A stretch of 64,000 nucleotides of DNA from Bugula neritina (taxonomy: Eukaryota; Animalia; Bryozoa). The stretch lies in the NCBI GenBank assembly GCA_964035545.1, contig OZ037770.1, positions 14,312,642-14,376,641 of the forward strand, read 5' to 3'. The notes under the pieces were generated by a model. It ran no database searches, was not told where the DNA came from, and saw only the letters and a program-made list of their open reading frames with translations. The translations under genes and the position numbers were made by a program. Shown piece after piece: positions 13,792-34,472 of the stretch. The stretch's first letter is position 1. Each line of letters begins with the position of its first letter.

Positions 13792-14333
13792 TTTTATTAT
13801 ATGGCACACACTGCTTTAGTTGATATGCTTAGCATGTAGCTACTTATATCATTTCTATGCTATATTTCAGTTTAAATTCTTAAGATGGAAATTACTATCA
13901 TTAGTAGTAATTCACGCTTATAGGAAATTGAAAAACGTTAAGCGAATTGGGCTCGCCTTATATAAATTTTAGCCTATAATCTTGCTTAGTGCAAAGTATA
14001 TAAGATGTTTTCGCAGGTATGGTACAGAGATCACAACCCCCATTATCGACTATTTTTTACTCGCTCCAATAAAATATAGATAATAGTTTAATATGCAGGG
14101 ATATTTTGTTTTATATTGTATAACAGTTGAAAACGTAAAAACTGACAGGTAAATACCGATGCAGGTAAGTTACAACCCATGAAAATTCATGCAATAGGTT
14201 TATTGAAAGAGAACTTTTATTAGAAATTGTTTTTAAACTATTGTAGAGTGAATTTAGAAAATAAATACATGGCATAGAAAATAAAAAAATGAGCATAAGA
14301 CAAAAAGTGTGAAATCAGGAACAGATTTCAAGG

Positions 14334-16406
<2,073 letters not shown>

Positions 16407-17550
16407 TTATATGTCAAATGGGCATCTATCGAGTCTGGTTCAAACAAAAGACAAAACTTGAAAGATGGACATACTCAGTGTTCATATCAGAGAATCTAAG
16501 CTAACATAAACAGCTTCATCAGTGAGTCAATAATGCAAAAAATGGTTGAAAATAAAAAAATGACAAAAATCTGGTAACGAACTAAAAGATTTTTAGTTAT
16601 ATCACATTTGTCTAAAGTCTTTGTGCCTAACCCTGTTGCGGGCTTTCAGTGGGTAACCACCAACACTAAAAGTAAATCTGACAACAAAATGGGAAAATAA
16701 CTTTACTATTTTTTTTAGATTTTTAGTCTTTTCACACTCATACTGTTACTCATACTGACACTAACTTTTAGTTCTACTGATACTATAAGTATAATTACGA
16801 ATTATACTAATATTGCAAATTTAGATTTTACTGTAGATCGGTAGCTTTCAGTCTAGAGTTAAACTAATCCTTGACTTTGATTTCAATTTGACTAAAAAGT
16901 TTGAGACTTAGAAATGAAATTCAAGTTGAAGTTCGAAAAGTCCAAGTTGTGAAGTTCAATTCAATATCATGATAATTCAATCACAATATGAAACTTTAGT
17001 CAAAAAGTTATTAATTTAAACCATGAAAACAATAAATTTTATGTTAGTTGTGTGTAAAATTATGTTCGTTTTTGGTCTACCAAATTATATATCACAAGTC
17101 AGATGTCAGATGCCGATCTGTTAACCAATTTTGGCCCTTATGTCACTCGGGGGGGGCAGGAGCGTTTCCTGTGCAATTAGAAAATGCATGTACCAGCACG
17201 CAGCCATGTTTCTTGTTTGTTTCATACAGATTAATCGCGTGCGAATGCAATAACTGCGCATTTGCGGAGTTATTTATTCGTGAAATCGCTTTATATATGC
17301 CCTGACAACTCTTAAATACTCATAATAGCAATAAAAATTGATTTCTAAATAAGATTATAAATATTCAAAGGTTAGCATGGCATAATATGTCCTTTGTCAT
17401 TGTCATATATATTCATTCAATGAAAAAAGTGTTAGTCAGCAAGGATAGCAACAAAAAACATAATGCATGTAAAGGCGATCATTGAATAACAGAAAACTCA
17501 CAATAATTATATAAAGTGGAACAGATTCAATGACTGTGACTATATATACA

Positions 17551-17557
17551 TGTGTGT

Positions 17558-17629
<72 letters not shown>
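17551..17629. repeat. (TG)n microsatellite
   Basis: TG run. Confidence 0.97.
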
Positions 17630-17631
<2 letters not shown>

Positions 17632-18096
17632 TACTTTTTTGATAAAATATCATCAATTAGCATATGAGTGTCTCTTTGTATACCCATTCATGCATGCATC
17701 CCCTATGAGGCTTTATGTTACATGTTTTAACTAATATGACATATATCATGATATAAAATTTATATATATATATATAATTTTATATATTTTATATATAAAA
17801 TTTAATAACTGTGTAAGTGTAAAAAAACAGATTCAAAACATCAAAACAAAACTATACCAAAATTATCACAATTACCTTTAAAAGTGACAAAATGATTTTT
17901 ATTTGCATGCATGCAAGTTGCCTAAATTTTAAAAACAAATTCCATGATAACACAAACAAAGCTAAAGTTAAAAATAACATTATGACAATAAAGAATAAAG
18001 TGTAATCCTTTCTACATGCATTTTATTTTGAACAAATATTATATAACTTTCGTGTGTTACCTATAAATACATTATTTTTTCAACTGCATACAGCAA

Positions 18097-23790
<5,694 letters not shown>

Positions 23791-25271
23791 CGTCGTCGGT
23801 TTAGAGATCTAGAAACAAGCCTTCAAGTGAGATATGTAGTCATATGTGTAAGTCACGTGTGTAAGTCATATGTGTAAGTCACATGTGTAAGTCATATGTG
23901 TAAGTCATATGTGTAAGTCATATGTGTAAGTCATGTGTGTAAGTCACGTGTGTAAGTCATATGTGAGAGAAATCATTAAGAATAGGAAACTAACTATGTG
24001 CATCCTCTCTAACCTCAATCATTAAAGGTGAGAATAAAGTTATATGTAAAACATTCGTGCCCCCCCCCCCACCCCAATGGGATTCGAACAGCAGACCAGC
24101 GTGTAAACCTTTACACTACGGGAAACTCAACACTGCAACTGTCACAGTTCTATTTACTTAGATTTCAGCTGCATTTTAAGAATAGTTCGAATATATGTTT
24201 GAATTCAAAAAGCTAATATTGCAACATTATAGTAAAAAGTATATTCACAATCAGAAAATGTATATAATCATAAGCTATATTATAATATTATTTCACTTAC
24301 TTGTGGGCTTTGCAATTAAGGTCAGAGTAAATGCAGTGATGACATGCTGAATTCAAAGTCGTTGTTTCAATTAATTAATCATGTTTATACTTTTCGATTT
24401 AATGAAAAGTACTTTTACTCATTCCACAATCCGTTCACTCTTCACCCTCCTTCTGCTTGAAAATCCTCCTTGATTCAAATCTAAATAGATTTCTATAAGC
24501 TGAGTGTTTAATTGCCTATAAACTCATTTATGTGGTTAATTTATATATAGGGATATTTATAATGATTTAGTTGACTTGCAACTCAAGTCAGGCTTAAAGT
24601 AATAAATCACCACATGGACAGTTTTCTTTTATCCAATTCATCATTTTCAATATACAGCTAGCTTATAAAGTTGTCAAATGTGCAGGAGGTACCTTATTGT
24701 ATAAATATGTAAATATTTTCTATTGCACGTGTCTGTAAAGTTCAACGTTGATGCTCTTGCTTGCCACCAATTATCATTGTAGTTTTTATTTTGATAAAAA
24801 TAGTTAGGTGTCTGTATTTGCTTAAATCACAAAATAACAATTTAATCGTGTTAATGTGTCGATATTGGAGGTAAATCACAGTGATTAGGGTTTAAATTCA
24901 CAATTCAGTCTCAAATACTGGTAAACAAGCTGCATGTACTTGTTTTCCACGTAAGCTGTAACATGTTTTAATATATTATTTTAAGTTTAAGCTGCAGGGT
25001 CTATAATTATTCGTCAGCTGTTATATGAAATAATATTGCTTACTTTATCCTAAATAAAGGCATGAGTATTTTAGAGAGTTGTCTTTACTTTATAAGTGAT
25101 TCGCACGCGAGCGAAATAGTTAAATATACTCGAGCAAAGTATCGTCGAAATTAGTCATTGCTGGGTTATTTTCTTTCTGCATCGGAAACATCCGCACCGG
25201 TTCTCGTAAACCAAGGTTGCTAGTACTACTAATTCAGCAAGTAAAAAACTTTAACTGCATTCAAAGCGAGA

Positions 25272-28200
25272 ATGCTTTCTCGTGTTGCATTTGGCAACGG
25301 TAAGTAAAATCTAGTTAAATTTCATATAAAGTATTATCGTCTACTCAATCGTTGGTATTCTGCTTGCCGCCTGAATCAAAGTCGCACTGGCTGTGGCATC
25401 CGATTGAAGTTCAAGTGCAAGTTGAACTTCAACTTGAACTTGGCAATTTGAATTAGAAATAGGTTTGGTATTACTATTACTTAATCAGACTAGATCTCAC
25501 GCTGTATCACTCTAACTCACAGTGGAGGTCGGGAAATTGAATGACCGACGTTGAGTATCGGTATACTTGATTCTGCTTGGAAAGCTCTGTGACTTGTTGA
25601 GACACATACTCATACTGATACTCATACTGAGAGTGAGAGTGAGTGACTGTGAGAGACAGCGACTACTACTAGACCTAGTAGTAGTGTTAGCAAGTGTTAG
25701 CTCTTACGGTTTACAATTACACTGACTGCCTTACTCAGCCGCTCGGTGACTCCATCAGTCACATTTTTAATTTTAATTTTACAATTATTGTGATTTTAAC
25801 ATTTGCATACAATACTTTAGTTGGTAAAACTTTTAATTTTTATTTAACTTGGTGTTTTTGTCACACCATCTTGATGCTCTTTGCTTATTTCTGTACTAAC
25901 TGTAAGTAATTCTGTCAAATCATAAGCATAACTTGGTGCATAAGTCACATTTCAAATGATATTTAGTTTTTTGGAATATAATTTTTTCTTCAAAAGTAAT
26001 TTTAATTACTTTTCTGAGTTTTAGGTAAAGTCAGTGATTAAATGAAAAGATCATTGTTGTTGTTAATTTTTTTTGAAATTTAGGCTGTTGTATTTAACGC
26101 GATATAGTAAATTTTTCATGTTCTTGTTAAATCAATTTGAATACTCATTTCTTTAGCACTCATAGCCAATTTCTTTCATTAAACTCAATAAATGACACGA
26201 ATCAGCATGATAATGGCTTGGTTAAGTTATAATAAAAACTTGAAGTAAAATTCAACCGCTATATATGTTTTTACTGTTACTTATATATGTAATATATGTT
26301 TCTGATTTCACATGTACTATGCATCAGATATTGCATCTTTATTATATATTATATGCTACATGTATATTGTAATTTGCTATAAATAATACATGTTTGTGCT
26401 CTTGCAGGTGCCAACCTTGTTGCTGTGCTTCGTAACAGTAACAAGTTACAGCCATTGATTCTGTCATCGTTTCATACAAACACAAAAGATATAGCAACCA
26501 CACAGCAGCTCATAGGTAACATTTCTCATAGGTACCTCAACTGTATAATTTAGCCGTTACTTCAGGGAGAGGATAACTGTAAATGGGTTTTCAGCACTGA
26601 CTGGCTGATACTCAAACAGCTAGTTTCTGATGAAATAGCAGACAGATACTTTTCATGTCTCTGTGGGTAAATTGGAGGGTTTCAAGTTTTCTGTTGATAC
26701 GCAACACAAGGTTTGCTTGACCAGCTACTCGTGACTAACTACTTGCTGATACACACTTACCTAACTACACAATTACTTACCTCTGTACGTACTTACTCTC
26801 TCACTTACTTATTTATATACTTGTGTACTTAATTACGCACTTATGTACTTATTTACTTATGTATTTAATTACTTATTAACCTACATCCGAACTTACTTAC
26901 ATATTTATATACTTACTTACACTTACTTACAATCTTACTTTTGCTCACTCTAAGCAGTATTTGTAATGAGCTGAGTCAACGCTGTAGATCGCTGGGACGA
27001 GTGTAACAAAAAGTACTATGGGCCGGAGCGAGACCATGCCAACTTCCCTCACCCCACACAACCCGAAACACACGAGCCGGTCAGATTGGGCTTCATTCCT
27101 AAGTCGTGGTTTGATGCGCTCTATGATAAGACTGGGGTCTCCGGTAGGCTCTCTCACAGTGATTGAATGTGCTGCTCTCTCACAGTGATTGAATATGCTG
27201 CTCTCTCACAGTGATTGAAATATGCTAAACTGGTGTTTGATTTATTTAGAAACTGAAATTTATTTGTTTTTTTTAAACTCTCTGATATTTCAAAACAAAT
27301 TTTATCTTTAGAAAATGAAACTGTCAAATTTTGAATTTTAAAATATGCCATGCAGAACGACACGTCTGCAACTCTTCCTTATTCTTTCTGTACAACCATT
27401 AGGGTACTTTATAAAGTTGTAAATAATGAAGTGATGCTATAAAAATCTAAGATTTGTCAATAGAATGGCTTATTTAAATTGTTAGTACCTATCAACACCT
27501 TAAAGGTTCCTTATTTTCTATTTATACATGTGTTTGTCATGTGCTTATACATACAAGGCGTGTTCTTCACATCTTAGTACGCGTCCATTACCATCTCTAT
27601 AGAGATGGAAGTTGTCTCCCTCTCCGGTTACAAATGCTGTATGTTGTACAGGGCCCTACGTCTTCCTGGGTGGTTTGACTACGTACTGCATGTCCAAGGA
27701 GATCATGGTGTATGACCACTCCTTCTTTGACTTGGTCGCCTTCTGGGGTGCCTTCATCTTCCTCACAAAGAAGATAGGACCAGCCGCTAAGAAGTTCCTT
27801 GAAGAAAAGACTGATGTAAGGCTAGAAAGTGTCTTAGGCTGAAACTTTCTACTGTCTAATTACTAAGTCATACGTAGGATGTCTGTTTATATCAAATTTA
27901 GACTGTGATCTTAGCATGCTATCAGTTTCATATCTCTAGGAGCTTATTCTTCATTAAGTTGATTTAATTTGTCTCCTGTCATCTCTGTGCTTAGCCAATG
28001 GCCTATATTGTGTATTACCGTCATAAAGATTGGTTTATATATGTGTATTAGGGTATGTTGTATGTTATATACATTGTAATGTTATACACAATATAATAAT
28101 TATACGTAGTATATTATACACAGTATAGTATATACAGTATAGTATGTACAGTATAGTATGTACAGTATAGTATGTACAGTATAGTATGTACAGTATAGTA

Positions 28201-29114
28201 TATACAGTATAGTATATACAGTATATTATGTACAGTAAAGTATATACACTATGTTATATTTACTGAAACTCTAGAAACTAAATGAGTTGAACTACGAGGT
28301 GCCGATGGACACGAGCCGTAAAACCTTCTCCGAAGCAGTTGGTAAGATTGATACTGAGATAGCCCAGGAGGACAGACATAAGTTCATGTATGCCGTGCAG
28401 AAGGAGAATGTGGATATCCAGTTGGAGGCCAGGTTGGTGAAATCTGTTTGTTCATTGTAGTAGTCAGTAGTTAGTAGTTTCTAGTAGTGAGTAGTTTCTA
28501 GTAGTTAGTAGTTTCTAGTAGTTAGTCAGTAGTTAGTAGTTTCTAGTAGTTAGTCACTAGTAAATAGTAGCTAGTCAGTAGCATGTAGTAGAACACTGTG
28601 AATGCAAGACTGTAAATGCTCTCTCTCTGAACACAGATACCGGGAGAGAGTGGCGCAAGTATACTCCGCAGTGAAGAGGAGACTAGATTACCAGGTAGAA
28701 CTTGTGAGCACCAAAAAGAGGCTGGAGCAGCAGCACATGGTCAGCTGGATTGTGGACAGTGTCGTATCTGGCATCACCCCAAAACAGGTGCGTCAGCGTC
28801 TCTCTTCAGTTTCACGTCAGCGTCTCTTTCAAGTTTCAACCCTCCCCCCTCCCGTCAAAATCTAGCAACATTTCTAGTTTAGTGAGAATTTTTAAAAGCC
28901 TGTGTATGTTTTGTGTTTCGTATATTCATGTGCAGGCATGAGAATAGAATCCAACATGGCATGTCTTATACAAAAAAATTTCTAAGTAAGCGGGCATTTT
29001 CTTGTATAGAGGATAACTCCTAAGTAAACTGATTTTTTCTTGCAGGAAAAAGACGCTATAACCAGCTGTATTGGTAATCTAAGAGCTCTAGCCAAGGCCC
29101 AACCTGCCGTGTAG
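25272..29114 (+). CDS. ATP5PB: Mitochondrial ATP synthase F0 subunit b
   Basis: MLSRV.. presequence, [79 protein letters not shown]; seven exons. Confidence 0.95.
27150..27226. repeat. 26-bp repeat directly after an ATP5PB donor
   Basis: CTCTCTCACAGTGATTGAATRTGCTG x3. Confidence 0.85.
28118..28250. repeat. 14-bp intronic repeat (CAGTATAGTATRTA)
   Basis: About 9 units just before an ATP5PB acceptor. Confidence 0.9.
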
Positions 29115-29427
29115 CTCTGCCAAGCACCTGCTAGTATGTGAGCTCAAGTGTCAGATGTCTAGGAAATCTGCATTACCAACATTGGCAGTTTATTTATCAA
29201 ACTTTGCGTGTTGAGGGATATAATTATAATATATTCTATTTTGTAACAGAATTGTGAATGAATACATGCATTATTATGTATGTTAGTAAAATAAAGTGTA
29301 TTGAGATCACTTTTCAAATCTGTTCTCTCTAATAAACATAACAATTATTCAAAACATTATTTCAAAAACAAAGTAATTTTTGAAAGACGCCTGGAAGTTT
29401 CTAACTGGTAAACTGGTCCCAACTCTC

Positions 29428-32400
29428 TCAGTGGTGCTGAGACCAGCTCGTGTTTAGAGGCACATGTCTGGGGCGATCAACTGGCCGTACATATCGTCTG
29501 ATGTACGTTATAGTCTCTGCTATTTTATCTAAAGGTACCACCGATTTTTCTCTTGGAATAGGTTTTACATTGGTCAAGTCTATCTTAGCTTTTGACTCCA
29601 GCTTCTTGAGCAGCGTCTAATAAAATAACAGTATATCAAACAAAGAGGGGACAACTCTAGCTGCTTCATTGCATATTTGTGGTACCAATTATTAGTGATA
29701 TGATATATTGTGTTATATAATCAATTCTACAATATACTTTCAAATACATGGATAGTTCAAATTGATTCAATTGATTTTGATCATCCATCTGAATTGTTCA
29801 AGAGCCAATGTTTCTCGTAACAGAACAAGTTTCTTATTTGCCTTAGCAATAGCTGGCTACCCTTTCATATTGGATGCTTCATCCTAACTGCTTTTGTAAT
29901 GGCTGGCATATTGCTATAGTCTAAATTCTAAAATATTTGCCATATTAACATTTAGTTCTTCATCTATCTTGATTGGTAGCCATTCTGAGATGAATAGTTA
30001 TTACGAATTTTAGGTAAATAATCCCCCTTACACCACATGCTTTGAGAGTACATATCGTATTTACCTTTGTACTGTCTGCTGGTTTAGAAATAGGTAAGTT
30101 TAGGTTGTTGAAGAACTGTCCTATCTTTTCTTCATGAACCACTGCCTTGGCTGCTTCAGACTTTAGTATTTTTGTTCTTTCTTGTTGTGCTCGGTTAGAT
30201 GGAGGAAGAAATCTCTTACGTTTGTACGCTTTCGGCCCTACAATATTATGATAAGGTTTGTAATTGATTATCATATTGAATATAATGATATTTGCAGTCT
30301 GGTGGTGCAATGTCCGTAATCAAATTGATTATAATGCACTAAAGAGACTATACAATTAAGTTGTAAGATAACCATGTTTTGCTTTACCAACATGCGGATT
30401 AAGAGTTGCCCCACCTTGTATAAAACTTCCATCAGATAATTTCACATACTGGAAGTTATCCTCTGAATTCAAAACTGCTTTTCTATGGAAAGAACGTAGT
30501 TTAGCAAGTCGTCTTCTCTCGGCGGCTATTGACCGTGGCACTTTATTCTCTGTTTGACAAATTGTATTAGGAGTTGTCTTTTCTACGGTTGCCTCTAAAA
30601 GCCAGCAGTTAACACTTTGTTATATAGCAATAAGATATCTTTCTATTTTGACCACTTCAACCTGTGCAATCAATGCAATATATACTATATTGAGAGACAA
30701 GCAAAGTAAGCACAGGAGATGATAACTCTATGAAACAGTAGTGGACTATGATATTCCACAGCATATAAGAGTTTATTATATTCAAACACATATATGCATG
30801 TCAGAGGTACAACACTCCTAACTTAAAAATATTTATTAGACAAGTCATAAGTCCAAATTGCACTCAGTTCTGTAAACTAGTACTCTACTTACAAATTATA
30901 GTTTCAAATAGTCTATTTCTATATAAACTTTAAGGAATGGAGGATTTCATTGAATTTGCAAGCATATGTATATTTGGTAGAGGGGTTGCTATTTCATCCA
31001 GTAAAATAGAAACCCAATGTTTCCATAATGATTATTTAATGAACAAACACCCTGACCTTAAAAGCAAGTTGAAGTTTGACCTTGATCTTGGAGTGCTTCC
31101 TATTCACATGAAGTTAAATAACCTATTTATTCTAAGCAGTAACTTAGCAACCACATATTTCACCTAAACTTTATTGGGTCCAACAATCACTCTTTTGATT
31201 TCACTCACTTTCACAGCAATCTGGTTCTTCGCCGGGTTTCATCTGGTAAGGCTTTAGTTTGGTCTCCAGATTCTGTTTCTTCAGAAACTCTTCTATATGC
31301 TGCCGTTCCAAGTCAGCGATTTTGGCTCTGAGGGACACCGCTCTTTGTGCGGATGTAGCGGCATCACTTGAGTCAGCGGTGTGTCTGAGTTGACTCATAC
31401 TGCTGTCAGCTTTGAGAGATGCTGTCGTAAAAAGAGTATAAACTAGTATATAATTATCTAAGATGTGTGATAACAAAGAGTATAAACTAGTATATAAGTA
31501 TCTAAGATGTGTGATAACAAAGAGTATAAACTAGTATATAAGTATCTAAGATGTGTGATAACAAAGAGTATAAACTAGGTGGTATTATTCTAATATTGCA
31601 GGTGGCCTTTATAAACCAAAGTCACTATACACTCTATCAACTAGCAATAATAATAAAAATAATAATAATGATACAGTGTGGGAGAGAAAAGAGTATAAAC
31701 TAGTATATAAGTATCTAAGATATGTGATCACAAAGAGTATAAATTAGTATATAAGTATCTAAGATGTGTGATAACAAAGAGTATAAATCAGTATATTATA
31801 AGTATCTAAGATCTGTGATAACAAAGTTTATAACTGCATTCACCTCTCTCTTTTGATTATATTCCAGTATTACAACTTTCATTTACAGTGTATTAATACT
31901 GTATACCAACATCAACAAAGTCTGCATACATTTATACTATATACATTTTATTGTAACTAACCTCTTATATAGAAAGAGCTGTTATATATAAGCCACAAAC
32001 CTGAATGTAGGTTGGAGCTCTTAGACACACCATTGATGTGGTTAGAGTTGTCTCCCTGTTTAACCATGTGACTCCCTGATGACTCATGGATGGAAGGCAG
32101 GGCTGGCCTGAGGCTAGCCGTGAAAAAGGCCTTCTTAGCTGCGAGGGAGTTTATCAGTACGCCAGACATCGAGTGCTCCAGTTCTGGCGAGGTGACGTCT
32201 GCATTAATCCTTTCTCCTCCAATCACTTTGGCTGGAACAACATCAGTTGAAGAGTCAGTGTCACTTTTTCTTAGATTGACAGAATGCTTGGATTCAGCAA
32301 CTTTATTGACTGATACAGGATTTGGTGGGTCATTTGGTTGAAGGAATTTTGGTTCTACTCTTTCCTTGTCTTCACTCGCCGTGGCCTTAACATTGTCATT

Positions 32401-34385
32401 ATGAGAGTCACTCTGTTCTATAGGAGCCAGCCGCTGTCCATGTATGACCTTTCGCTTTATCTGTTTTAAAAGTCAAAGTGAGTAAACTCATCACCAATAC
32501 AAACAAATCAACATTATAGCTACATGTCATGCGACTTGAGTATAAATGTTTTGTTTTCTCGATTCAGACTTTTCTACGCCCATTTATGATTCTATAGATG
32601 ACATCATATGAGTTGTAAAGGTTATCATTTCAGATTTCAAAACTTAAGAAAATTATTTACATGTTGTGTAATTTTTGTTTGATGATTTATGATTTTATGT
32701 TTTTACTTTGACGACTGCAGCCAAAACAAATCCTCACATCATGACAATTATTAAACTGATCAGAAATAAAAAACACTGCAAATTATAATTATATAGACAT
32801 TAGATAACTTGTTTCCCAAATTGTAGTTGTAAAGCAACTGATATTTCTATATAATTGTATCACATACAAAAATGTTATATCATAATTATGTTAATTATAT
32901 AATTGGTTAAATTTGCACTAGTTTTATGGCAGCTGTGATTAACACCATAGGTAGAAAAGAGTAAATTTAGCTTAGCCTGGCAATTAGTATATAATTCCAA
33001 ATTTGGTATTTGTTACATGATGAATGATTAAATTTTTGCCTGGATTAGGAACTAATAAGAGATTGACTTGAAACCCATAGGCTATAAGTGATAGGCAAAT
33101 AAAGCTGAATACATACAACTATAAGCTCTAAAAACATTAAGTTTGAAAAGTAGAGTCTTCTTAAATACATAACCACCCTGGCGGTTTAAACAGTGCAAAC
33201 ACTCAAATCATTATGACAAATGAAACTCAAGTGGTTGAGCACTTAAACTGCAAACACTCTAATAATATTAGTAAAACATATTAAAATACAATAATACTAT
33301 ATTGAAATGAATGAGATCTAAAAACTTTCATAATGTAAGGCATATTGTATTATATGGAATAGGTAAATAAGTTTCAATACATTTTGTGTAGTTAATGCTT
33401 ATGTTGTTTATAGTGTTACTGTTCTATGGGTGTGAAACAGTGGAAGTTAATAGCATAGTTCTAGAATATAGATACATAAATAAAAGATAGATATTAATCA
33501 TAAAAATGTGTATTTTGAGATTGCATCATGCTGTTTTACTATAAATTTAAGTTGTTGTATGCTTATTTGAACAGGAAGTATAAGTACTACAATGCTAGCA
33601 TAAAAATAACTAGCTGTTGTGGGAATGAACTCAAGCTAAAGTGTAGAGGTGGGTGGCTCTAGAGTCTAGACAGCCACCCATATTATTAGCAAATATAGTA
33701 TCTATAAACTCAAACCTTCCCCCCATGAAAAGTCATAAAAATGTAATTGAATTTATTTCATTGAAACTTTTCTCCCACTGAACCTAATTCCTCTAAGTTT
33801 TTATATTATTACAGCTTCAAAATTTAATTAGATACCTAATTTACATGGGTTTATAGGTCTACCAAACAGTTTCTCATTCTTGTCTGAGCTGTCGATTTGG
33901 AAGATAATTTGTTAATTTAGTTCTATATAATGTGCTTCTTACTGAAAATATAAATACCATATTAAATATTATGAAAATTAAATTTATGAGTGCAAGTTCA
34001 ATTAACACAGTACCTGGTGACCAAGAAGAGACGTGCCAGGAGTGGATACAAGTAACCCCTCTCTCAAACCCTGCTGATACTTTTGATATGCTTCTTTCTG
34101 TTTCTTCTTTTGAACATTGATTATCTACATTACATAATTTTATAGCATTATCATTATAATCATAATATTATGTAAGTATTATATTACATAATATTTCATT
34201 TTGACAACTGATTAAATCATAATTTATCATTATTTATTTTATTTATTTATCCACTTAAAAATACAATTTTCTAGGTTCAACTCACTCTATACCTTACAGT
34301 GACTCTCCATAAGCTTGCTGTACTTGCACTAACTTTTTTCCAGCTATCCATGTACTTACAAGACTAACTTACATTTATTCTGCAG

Positions 34386-34472
<87 letters not shown>

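Noticed and set aside
25404-25440. Heat-shock element
   Set aside because: GAA/TTC spacing follows a 6-nt period, not the 5-nt nGAAn pattern.
31428-31826. CRISPR-like array (also considered for 54194-54455 and 59113-59532)
   Set aside because: Head-to-tail repeats with no unique spacers, a eukaryotic intron context and no cas genes.
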